NCBI GenBank assembly: GCA_024704765.1
Contig: JAKMXF010000288.1
Coordinates: 310,001 to 374,000, forward strand
DNA: 64,000 bases
Direction: 5' to 3'
Source: Oopsacas minuta
Lineage: Eukaryota; Animalia; Porifera
The notes under the pieces are model-generated. The model was not told the DNA's origin and ran no database searches. It saw nothing but the letters and a program-made list of their open reading frames with translations. The position numbers and the translations under genes were made by a program. Below are positions 1 through 17,300 of this stretch, piece after piece; position 1 is the stretch's first letter, and every line of letters starts with the position of its first letter.

Positions 1-348
1 GTCAAATATTCAGACAAATGACCTTTTGTTTTTATACACATCAAATAACACCTTTACAATGTTAATAACATATACACTCAACTCACGTTATAACGAACAC
101 GGATATATCGAAGTGGGAAATCGTACAAATATGGTCAAAGTAACATATATATTACATTGGCAATATATAAGTAATTATCACGGTCCCTTGAGCTTCGATA
201 TAACAGTTGACTGTACTCAATTGAAAATGGGTCTCTATTCTTTCAATAACTAGAAATAATCACACCCCTCACTATGGCGTTTAAATAATTTCCGAGTTTA
301 TATAATTTACATTTTTCAAAAGAAATCATCACTCAAACAGCACACAAT

Positions 349-5088
<4,740 letters not shown>

Positions 5089-5389
5089 CACTAATTCCAG
5101 ACTCAAATCAAACGAATTAAAATACATAAAAACGGAAAATCTGAACTACAATTCAAGTCGTTTGTTTTATAGAATATTTCACACCAAACAATAAACAAAT
5201 ATACATATTTTCTTGTACGCATATATACGTCTAGGTTAATAACACATCATCATCATCATCATCTTTAACTAAAATAAATACGAAAGCATAACTCAAGGAA
5301 TAAATAGAAATCACATAGCCAGGAGGGAGGAGGAAATATTCCCCTCTGGAAAGAGGCAAGGGCCATAGAAAACCGATGAGATATTGGTC

Positions 5390-8300
5390 TCAGGGACAGG
5401 ATACCGAATCCTCGGCTGGACGGGGGAACAAAAATACTGCTTGGAACTTACTCAATTGCTCAGCTTCCAGATCTTTTGCTTGATACATAGGATTAGGTAT
5501 TTCTGTAGCTACAAACAAGATTTGATTTATAAGTTTGTTTACTGTGAAGTAGAGTAACCAATATACATATAAAGTGCACAAACTTACGGTCATCTATTGT
5601 GTCAGGGACATCAGAAGCGACTAAGAGACGAGATTTGAACTGATTATTCCTTCTTATTCTAAAAGGAATAATAAATATGCTTGAATTGCCCTCTCAGTTC
5701 CCAGATGAGAAACACCCCGGGTGTTAGGAGAGCGTTTCATTCACAATACTTGGGGATTTAACTTTTGAAACAATCCAGACGGGCCCGGCGGCGGGGGGTA
5801 AGTATAAGTACAGTAGAGCTCGGATAAGACCTATCCCTCAGGAAACAAATTATGAGGGACTACCTTAAGCACGTATGATTCGAATATTCTTGATTATCCG
5901 TTTTTGGAGAAGAGTACGTATTAACTTAGTTCTCCTGTATTTACCTCTGAATTATTTGGTGATATGATATGATATAACACAGGGAAAACCATTGGGTATT
6001 TCTCGGGAAAGTTTTTGACAAAATATTGAAAAATTCATATACAAAATTAGAAATCCAGGGAAATTGGTAGAAAGCAGGGCATGTGCCGACTATTTTGGCT
6101 AGTGAGTGTCTAACAACCCTGCCATAGAGGGCAATACAAAAGTCTTTCATGACAGTGGGTGTCTGAACAGCCAGCCAGATCACCCCTGGTAGCACCAGCC
6201 CTGGAAAGTGTCGGTAAATATGTATTAACTTACACGATAACGATCATCACAAGCACAGCCATGAAAAAGAAAATAATAGCTAAAATGCCCAAAACAGCTC
6301 CGATACCTATCCCAATATACGTAGCTAGGAATCCACTAGAAAGTGTCGGAATGACGACACATTCAAGATAGAGAATAGAATCACATCCTGATAGTGTATA
6401 AGTACATCCTTCAATAGTTTCAGCTCCTTCGGGACAGTTTAAAACGACTGCCCTTGTTTCATATGTTTCTGTCATAAATATATTTCCTTGTGTATTACTG
6501 TAGTTAAGGAAATCACAAGTAAATTCGATCAATCGAATGGATTCAATTTCTATACTGTTTGAACAAATATTGAACCAATTTCCTTGTGTGAATAGACGAA
6601 GTGGTCCTGAGGCTTCGTGTGAATGACTAAGGTCTGTAAGAATCTCTATTGAATTGTCAACTACACAAATATAGAGAGACCGCGTTAATACGAACACCAA
6701 CATACGCTCAGAATATGTTCGCATTATCCACCACGAAAAGTTCGGGGCGAATATTCCCTGATGCACTCACCTGGACATTTCTCTTTCTCAATACAATAAT
6801 CATCAAACAAAACAAACCCAGCATTACATTGACAACCAGATACACATTTAAGAATGCATTGATCCAGAGAGCTAGAGCTACAATTAGCAGGACAGGCTGT
6901 AGAACAGTTAGAGTATTGTGAGTTGATAGGACATGGTGCTGTGGGAGTTGGAGTAGGCACTGTTGTTTGTGGTGAATGTGTTGTTTGTGTTGTTTGTGTA
7001 GTTTGTGTAGTTTGTGTTGTAGCTGTTGGGAATATATTGTTAGTGGTTGTTTGTTTTTTATATACTTATTGAATATTAATCATGGATGGTGGATTTGGTT
7101 CATTTCTGTTTTATTGAAATTTTCCCTCCCTCCAATCCCGCATCAAACAACATCTAGGCAGATAAACAAATTCACCATCCATGGTTAAATATCTAAGAAG
7201 CATATAGGAGAACAGTAGGTCTTCTCTAGTAGTCCGTTTCGGCCCCCATTGCCCACTAGTAGACAATTAGAGAGGACCAACTGTATTTAGAAATAGAGTT
7301 ATTGTAATATTTCCATGAATTGGACACTTTGTATTTTGATAACGTCATCAAATAATGAGATATGAGATGCCATCCGTTAGGTGTACATCATGTGGCGCTG
7401 AAACAAGTATAAAGTGAATAGAAATTAAATACACCTACTTTCACAATCGGCTTCTAACACACATTCCCCAACTGTCCCATGTCTCCTTACGTATCCGTCT
7501 TTACATCCACACCCCATGGTACAGGCTAACAGGTTACAGAAGTTGAAGGGAGGATCTTTATAAGTATCACAGTTATACTGACAAGCTGGTACGCAATGAT
7601 AGTGTTCATTCTCTGTACAGTAGTCTGTAGGAATAGAAATTAGATACCGAAGCTCAAGGGGCCGGGTTATAACCGATGAAGTATATGTTACTTTGAAGTT
7701 TTAGGATCATATTTTGCATAATTTGACACTTCTATATAACAGGAGCTGATTTTATTAAGAACTCTAGGATAAATACAGATCCCAGATATGCAGTTAGTAC
7801 GTACTTTTCTCCAAAAGAAACTCCCGGTATAAAGAAGTGACTCTTTACCCCCTAAAGCTTGGAATTAATCTACTTATAACGAACTGAAACCAATTACTGA
7901 GCACTTCATTATAACGGAGTTACTGTAGTATATTACTTGGACAATCTCTTTTCTGTATACAAACATCCTGTTGAGTTGTATTCCATATATAGTCATAGAA
8001 ACACTCGCACTTTTCCAAACATACTGCTGGACATGAAACGGTGTCAATATCTTGATAACAGGTCTCACTACATTTACTTCCACAGCTGTTGATTGAGGAG
8101 TATTGGGGACAGAACACTAGAAGTAAATTACAGAGGCTATTAAAACGGGGAATCACAGGCGACTGTGTATAGGTAGCCGTTAAGCAGCTTTGACTGTCAA
8201 TGCATTAACCTTCAATCTGAATGGCTAACTTCAACCAGCAAGAAGTTGTGAAAATATTCACATTAAGAATCTATACGTATCTCTCCATCTACACCCCGAA

Positions 8301-11300
8301 TGTATCCATGTACAAATTCTCATATAAATTAGACCTCTAGATTTATCAGGACACCTCGAACGGATGAAAGGACTGACCTACATCGTCCATACCAATAGGG
8401 CATCTCCCTAACAGTAACGGTCCCAGAGAGGGGCATCCTGTTACCGCCTCTGTCCCTATATTAGCTACACAAATAAGAAAGTATTTTAACTCACAATCTT
8501 TGCAGGATAAAGTCGCTACTTCATCAATATCACATTCAGATGTAGCTATATGGTAACAATCAATTAGCTTAGTTTCAGTTCCGTAACAGTCAAATTCAGT
8601 TCCGAAATACGTGTAACCTTCCTTATCAACGGTTATACTTGAGAAGCTACTAACTGTGGTAAAGCCCAGCTGCGTACAGGCAATATTAGCGTCCTGATAG
8701 CTCCATTTATCTGCACAGATATATTGCCAATCAGCGCCATTGTGTATTTGTACTGTTCCGTTTGTTGGTGACGTATCTCCGTCTCTTCCGATCAGACGGA
8801 TTAGGCCAGCTAAGAAGTAAACAATATTATTAATTACTAGTAAACAAACTACACTTTATGACAGAAAGTAGTCACGAAATGAATCCTCGAATTAAGAAGT
8901 ATTTTCATGCAAGGACCATTGAAATAAAGTCTCTCAGCTCTCACTATCCCGTCTCAAGTCTCAAGATTTTGTGTCAGTATAAATACAGAAGTCTTACCTT
9001 CAAAATATACTATTTCTGTCACACTTTGCATACTAACCTCGCCTTGGTACGTCACATTCACCCCCCAGTTTTGAATTTTACGTTTCGACAGTTACCTACA
9101 ATTATAACTTACTTGGGTCAGTGCACTTTAGATTCCCAACAATGGCACAAGTGTCTGCATCCCGAAACTGACAATCTGTTACATTTTCTTCCTCTCCAGA
9201 ACATGCTATGAATTTAACATCCGGATATAGTTGGAGACCGTTAGCACCTACTGACGTATTTCCTACACTATCAGCGCGTACCAAGCCTACTTGGTTACAT
9301 ATTACAGATGCGGAATATATAGTAAATCTACCTGCGTCAGCACAGATATAATGGAATGCGTTGTCAAGGAATATGAGAGGAATGTCACCTTCGAATTTGA
9401 TTGTGCCATCATCTGTAAATAAGAAAATTCGTAATTGAATTTATACAAATAGTAAGAACCGCTGGACAAGATCCACCCTTGTCAGTATACATTAAACGCC
9501 CCGTTATATCGAGTAGATTACACATTTCATTGAGATAGGGATGTAGTCAAGAAGTGAGGTGACATCACCCTGTCTACGCCCCTGTCCTGGAAGTTGTATC
9601 CATAACTTACAATGAGGTGCACATGTAACATCAACACCTTCACGAGCGTAACAATTCTCGAATCCGAATTCATTAGATGTACAATCAGCAAGTGAAACCT
9701 CATTTCCTGAACACAAGAGGTTGTCTAACCAGAAAAAGTCATTCAAAACCTCAACTGCGATTCGGAAACTTGTAGCCGAAGGGTAGCCGAGGTGTCGACA
9801 AGCCACATTAGCATCTGTCTTATCAAATGAATCGTCACAGATATAGCCCCACTTCATATCATGGAATATTTCTAATGCATTATTGTGACCTCTTCTTAGA
9901 GTGTTTTGAGCTATAATAGAAATAAAGAATAAGTATAAGAGGTGTTACACAAGGAAGTGTTCAAAACGCTAACTGTTCAAACGGAATCCATTGCATTATT
10001 TGAGGTGTCAAAATATGATTAATCACTTGATAAACTTACGAGGAGTATTGCATTGGATATTTAGAGCATCATCTCTACTGCAATTAGCATTGATACTCAC
10101 ACAGGCTTGTATATACTCATCTGGTATCTCACAAGATATACTGACTTGAACTCCTAGTTCTGTAACACTTGCTTCTTCTGTTAACTAAAGTCAATGGCAA
10201 ATCACTACAGTCAATTCCGGTTATATCGAAGTATGAAATTGTACAAATATGATCACAAGCCGTCAAAGAAACATATATTTTCATTGGCTATATCAATGTA
10301 ATTATCGCGGTCCCTTGAGCGAATTGCTAGTCCTTACAAATGACCTCCACAAACGGGTAAGCAGAGAAGCATTTTTCTCTCACCGTTTAAGGAGATCACC
10401 CTGTTTATCAAATATTTACTTACACTATTAATACCGTATTCCCATCCTAATGCATTACACAGCACTGCTGCTGTATCATTATCTGTACCAGTATAACAAA
10501 CAGAACTCCATCCTTCTTCCAGATATACTTCAACCTGTCCGTCAAAGTCGTACTCTCCTTCTACCAACCGAACTGTGTAAATGTCTATAAATAGAATGTG
10601 TTATGTGAATATAAACTAGATTGACTATACAGCATAGAACCTCTGAGATTCGAACAGTCTCATCCGCGCCCGTTATCTCGAACAGATTTTGATTTCTCCT
10701 GTGGGTTCGAGTTACCGGATATGGTACCCGTATATGTATTATTAATACCTTCATCAGTACAGTTGATATATGCATCTACTCGATAACAGCTAGAAGCTTC
10801 CACCTCAAACTCCACACATTCTAAAACAGAATCTTCACTGCCATCACAGTCTAGAGTTAGTTCAGAATTCTGTATAGCTGCTTGACCGGAGTCTAGGATC
10901 TCTCCCTTGGCGTATCCCAGCTGCTTGCAGATTACTGACACTTCTGGCGGTCCGAAATTGTCGTAACAGACCGGACGGTATCTCCCTTGTGTGTAGACAC
11001 GTACCCAACCGGTGTTATTCATTGTCCCATTGATTAGTTCAACTTGTCCTTCTACATAATATATGAATTATAAAGATTTTGTCACCTGGAGACGCCCCCG
11101 GGGGTAAGCTATAGAACACTTCTCACCTAAAGTTGTGCAAATAACTCCAGCAAATTCGTTGGAACAATTTCTAAGTGAGTCATAGAATAATAGTTCACAT
11201 TCTGCCAAACTGTAATCATTTTCTTGACAATTGACGTTCTCTGTCCAAGACATTCCTACAGCATTGGGATGGAAACTCTGCTTAGTTATACGTTGGAAAC

Positions 11301-14300
11301 CTTGGAATCCAAGCTGTCGACAGGCCGTCTCTCCATCTTTATCGTCCCAAGTTGTGTCACAAATATATCCCCACTGGTTCAGATGGTAAACTTGCACGTG
11401 TCCCTTGTAGAATACAGCATCATCTGTATCAACCAATCGAATACCAAACTCTGTTAAATAGAAAATTGTTGTTGTAACCATGGATGGTGGAGTTCGTCCA
11501 TTTTATGATAATTATATATGGGAATCCCCTCCAACAAAGCGAGGAGTGCCTTAAAATGACCCAGAACAACCTCCAAGCAGATAAATAAAATCAGCCATCC
11601 ATGGATAAATTACTAATAAAGCTGGTAAGGAGGGAAAAGAGAACAAACCTTGAGGAAGTACACATGTAGGCATATCTCCTATCCAGTTAGAGTTAATACA
11701 CTCTAACGTCCTACTGCCTCTAACCACATAGTTATCGTTACATACTAGCTCTATTGTTGAACCGTGTGTAGTGTTACCGATGTATTCCCCATTAAGTATT
11801 GTTGGTAGAGAAGTACAGTCTGAAAAATGATAAATAAAATAACAAACATATGAATAAACAAATAATCAAATGGGTAGTTCGTGTATTTGTTTGTTTGTTC
11901 AATGGTTTGCTTCATTGTTTGTTTATCTGTAATCAACACAAACAACTTACTATTAGGGATACATACAACTCCGGCATATTCATTTCTATAACAATTAGAT
12001 ACATCCCATGATCTGAAAGGACAATGATCCAAATAGCTCTCATATCCTTCACAATTAACAATAGTCAGCCAGAAGCTAATAAACTCTTTTGTGAGAGAAG
12101 ATATAGCTCGTATGGCACCTGTGAATCCCAGCTGTCTACAGGCGACGGTAGCATCCCTTATATCCCATCCGTCATCACAGATTCCTCTCCAGCTACCTTC
12201 ATGGTTAATTTCTAACAGACCAGAGAATCCTGTAGTCGTTATGAGCCGTGTTTGATTGTCTGAGAATGGAAATTATTTGAAGGCTAAATTTGCACCCATG
12301 GGGGCAAGGTGTCCCTATTAATTCAGACCCCACGAGGCTGCGAAAGAAGCGAGACTTGGACCATACCTATCAACTTTGATGAAACCTCCAGAAACAGGGA
12401 AACGGGATAGCATTTTTCGGCGTCCAAGAGACATCGTTTCCAGTTTACAAAATGCCGAATATTTATATCAAATGAATTCTATACATTTCAAAGTACCCAC
12501 AATACAACTATGATAATAAATATTTATTAACAGAGACAGATTTTGTTAGCTAAGGTCCCCAATTAGAGTTACGTGCAGCTGATTAGCTTAACGTGCTAAC
12601 ATTGGGAATATGAATAGCTAATTTATACATAACAACCATATTGATGGATAGTTATCACCAATTAGCGTATATACGTTACGGAAGATGTTGGCAATTGTGT
12701 ATACAAGGAATTTTATGAATGTAAGCATTCCTCACTTAAAAGGCCGCAGAGTAGGTGTTGTGTTTACATTTTGTACATTGGCATATATATATATATATAT
12801 ATATATATACACTCAGATTCTTATAATCTTTACGTAAACTACCGTTACCGTCATATTTGTGTTAGATTAAATTCTGATTCTTTGTAGTCTTATTTCTGGG
12901 GATTTTTGGAAAATGTATATATTTGGCAATTTTCGGGCAAACTTAGTTGATTTCGGGTTTACGATGTGAACCCTAAAATGGTAAATCATAGGCAAGTATA
13001 CACCTCCACCAGCAAAACCCTTAATATGCTGAAAGAAGCCATGTATATGCAATCGCGAACATCTTCCATGACAATATATACATATGTTTGTTTGTATTTT
13101 TCAGCATGAAAATTATAAACAAATATTGTTTGCAAATATGTTTACTTACCAAGACTCAGGCATTTAATTCCCAGAACTTTATCAGTTGGACAAACACCAA
13201 CTCCTCCAACACAATCTGTCAAATTGTCGAACTCATATGGACACGAAACTAAAACAATACTTTCAGTAGACCCCGCGGGTGGTTCAAGTTCCAGAGCCAT
13301 ACTGACATTAGGCATATCCTCTAGTTTAAAATATGTACACAGTTGGTTGGCGAATCCTGGAGTGACTTCATTAGGACATATATTATACCAAATGTCTTGG
13401 TAGCGTATTCGTACACGAGCTGTGAGGTCATCATCTGCGTACTTTATGTCTGTTAGTACGAGACCTGTTTCAGCTATGGGAAAGTTTTATGATAAAACAA
13501 ACTGACAGAGAAGCAAACAGAAAGACAAACAAGCAAACCAACCGAAAGGTAAACATTGCAAGAATATTCCCTCTAATCCTCTACAATTATGATCTCCCCA
13601 TTCATTATGAGAACAATTAGACAGGAACAATTCATCACCAGTACACTTAACATTATCAAGCCATACTTCACTATATATAGCACTACGAATGCGGTATGAG
13701 ATTGAGTCCTTCGCACCTAGCTGTTTACACGCTACCTCGCTTTCCGGTGTGGCCCAACTGTCGTCACAGACAGCCCCCCATCTGCCTAGATGGAATACTT
13801 CTAGTACCCCAGAGTATTCATCCTCACCTTCCAGTAACCGTAGAGTCCCATCAGCTAAAATAAAATAATTTAAAATAAGGAGAGCATTACATAGTTACCG
13901 TTAAACTCACCAGGAACGTTACACTCAACATATACAGCCTCATTCCTAGTGCACTTAGAATGAATATCAGTATCCATGGCGCAGTTACATATATCTACTT
14001 CTCCAGGACTACAAGTCACATTTTGGAAATGGAATGGAATAGCTCCGGACGTCATAACGTCATATCCTATATTTAACGCGCCATCCGTCCAGCCCAGCTG
14101 TTGACATAATACATTAGCTTCTGTCAATGTGAATCCTCCGTTACAGACACCACCCCACCTACCATCTCTCCAAAATTCTACTAGACCCTTGTAAGAGCCT
14201 TCTGCTCCATAGAGACGAGCTGCACATCTATCTGTATTATTGAGTAATTGTAAAAAGTGTTTGTTTGTTTGTTAGTTAACTCACCATTAATAGTACAAGT

Positions 14301-17300
14301 TAAATTCACAGCAAAATTCTGGAAGCAGTTAGTTACATGTTCCAAGAGACAGTTAGGGTATAAAGGAATGTTATTGTTGAGACAAAATAAAGACTTGAAT
14401 TCGGTTGTATTCACAACTGCTGACGTAGAAGACCCTGTAGTCTGGAAACCAAGCTGTGTACAAGCTGGACCTATCCCTCCTACAAACTGGAAATGACAGA
14501 AATAATGCCAAGTTCCATTTTCATATATTTGGAGTAGTCCGTTTAGATCTGTGGTTCCGTCGATGAGACGTAAACTCCCCTCTATAAGATGGAATAGGAT
14601 AAAGGTAAATTGACGGGGCCGAGGGACAGACGGACAAACAGACAGACTGACTGACAGACAGACAGATAGACAGACAAACAGACAGACAGATAGACAGACT
14701 GACAGACAGACAGACAGACAGACAGACTCCCGTTATATTTAACACGGATATATCGCAATACCCGCTTTTGTTGAGTCTGGAATTGTACAAATATATTCCC
14801 CAACCAGGGTCCCTTGTGCTTCTATATAACAGGAGTATAATATAATCACTAATAAACTAACCATCAGCAAAGCATTCTACTCCAGCGTATTCATTAACAC
14901 TACAATCATGTGTATTGTAATTAATTCCATTACACTCAGTAAGAATAGATTCATTACCGACACAATTCACACCATCCAACCAAATTCTACTCACACCAGA
15001 ATCTGTGGGGTAGTAGGAACTCGTGGAAATTCCTTTGAAATTAGGCGCGTAACCAAGTTGACTGCATACCACTCTCCCATCTTGGTTGTCCCAGCTGTCA
15101 TCACAGATATAGCCCCATTCACCAGCATGGAATATCTGTATGTGACCTTCAAAGCTTGTGGGACCGTCAACCAATTGGATGTCTCCCTCTAAATGAAAAA
15201 CAGGCTTGGATTAATATAGGCTTAATCATGTCAAAATTGTGGATATAGTCTAGGTTAGTTGGGAATTGTTTCAGCTCCACCGCCCGCATGCTTAGATGGA
15301 CATCATGTGGAGCTGAAACAAGTTTTTCTTGAACAGGGCCTTACTTCCATATAAGGTCATGTTCTTAAATGTAAATTGTCAATAAAAACGACCATACCAT
15401 TAGCTGTAATACAATCAGGTAAACTCCCATCCCAAGTACTCCATAGACATCTAACAGTTTGAAGGCCATTTAGTTTGTATCCGTTATCACACGAGAAAGT
15501 GGCATATCCACCGTGTGACACATTCTGATCCACTGAGCCATTCTGTGGTGCATCAAGGAGGGGGCAATCTATATGAATGACGTCATTAATATTATGCTTA
15601 CAAATTCCCCGGTATCCTCGCATTGTCAATAATTTCCGTGTATTTCAAGTTACACAGGATAATACCCAGAAATGAGGACAAGGCCTCCACACTCACCTTC
15701 AGGTAAACACTGCACGCCTGCTAGCTCATAACCTCCACAGTTATGTTGTCCCCATCCGTTACTTGGACAATCGGCTAATCGTTCTTCTGTGCCGACACAC
15801 CTAACATTGTCAAGCAAGAAATCTGCCTCTCTGGTGCCGAATTGAGAATAACTAAACAAAGAGGATGTAGATACAGTATGCTCTCGTTATAACAAAATAC
15901 TCCGGTTTCATTTTGTTATAAGCGGAGTAAAATCAATTACTTCTAAGATATAGGACAGCTTGAACTCTTTGGTGACCCACCGACGACAGCAGGCGACAGA
16001 GGGGTCAATAATCATTTGATTATAACCGAAGTTTACTGTATTATATTTTGAAAAATGTGAAAGAATTACATTTACTATTTATTTAATAATTTTGGGGCAA
16101 AAAGTGTGGAAATTTTAGCACCGTTTTGATACCGAAGTTATTGTGAATAGAGAGAATCTCGGGGGCAAGAAATTCCTGCGACGAAACATGGAAATTTCGA
16201 AGTTACTTAATTGTATTCAGCGAGAGCAAGGGATACAGGATGTAAAGTTCTCAAAGTGGGAAGCGGGAAACTATCCTCAAAGGGCACTCTTAAACGAAGT
16301 GAAAGAAGATTCATTTAGTTCAAGAATACCCAAATCTGATACCATTACCTTCTGAGAGGTATTGCTTACTATTTTAATTCATAAATACAAACAAACTAAC
16401 AAACAAACTAGTAATATATTTGTAGACCGTAGTTTCTATTATTTGACACACTAACTAATCTCCCGTTTAGAGTTATAGCTATTCCTCCGGATTCAAATAA
16501 CATTCCTTGTTGGTGTCCCTCTGTTCCTATCGTGTGTAGGAGATTGCCTTCTGGAGAGAATACCCGAATTGAGCCAGAGTCTTGATCGCTAATAACAAAG
16601 TTGTTAAATGGATCTAGACAGAAGAAGCAAGGGTTATACACATCCATTCCTAGTCCACAGGTAATGAGGGAGTGTAGCTTGTCTCCCTCTAGGGTTAACA
16701 CGTGCATACACGGATTGTTATCTGGACACAGTACGTACACGCGGTCACGTGACACTTTAACATCAAATGGTTCTGTCATTGACTGATGAGTAATGTTACG
16801 GAGATGGTTCAGGTTTGTGTCGTGTACGCTGATTCTGTTGTTATCTTCATCTGCTATAAACACGTGACCAATGGGATCTGTTGTTAGTTGTCTAGGATTA
16901 ATAAATTGTCCGTTGTTTGATCCCTCACCTCCTATCTCCCTAACAAGACTCATGTCAGTTAGTGTGAATTGGTTAATAGTGTGATATCTACAGCTGCTGA
17001 CATACACATTCTCTCAGTGTATAGCTATACCCCATGGCTGATCCAGCTGTCCTACACCCAGCTGATTGAGGTACTCGCCTGTGTCAGAGAATATCTCTAC
17101 TCTCTTATTGAGACAATTAACTACAAATATTCGGTGTGTATCTTCATGTATAGCTACACCTGATGGACAATACAACTCGCCAGGACCTGAACCTCTCTTC
17201 CCAGTAGCAACAGTGGACGTTTGGAATTTAGCATAATCTGGTACTCCTACTTGTACCTGTACGATCTCTCCTAGATGGGAAATGCTCGTTTCTAGGTCAC

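Noticed and set aside
5941-6195. Hydrophobic 84-aa ORF as an SRCR tail exon
   Set aside because: Phase does not fit; the TM exon splices cleanly to the exon at ~5659, so this is intronic.
14521-14803. SVCLSVCL ORFs (also CLFVCLFV and TNKQ ORFs near 20544-20840)
   Set aside because: Translations of intronic tetranucleotide microsatellites.
16100-17016. Selenocysteine recoding of the NHL TGA
   Set aside because: The position is not a Cys-equivalent site in NHL repeats, and AUGA..AA..GA candidates in the 3' region do not form a SECIS stem.
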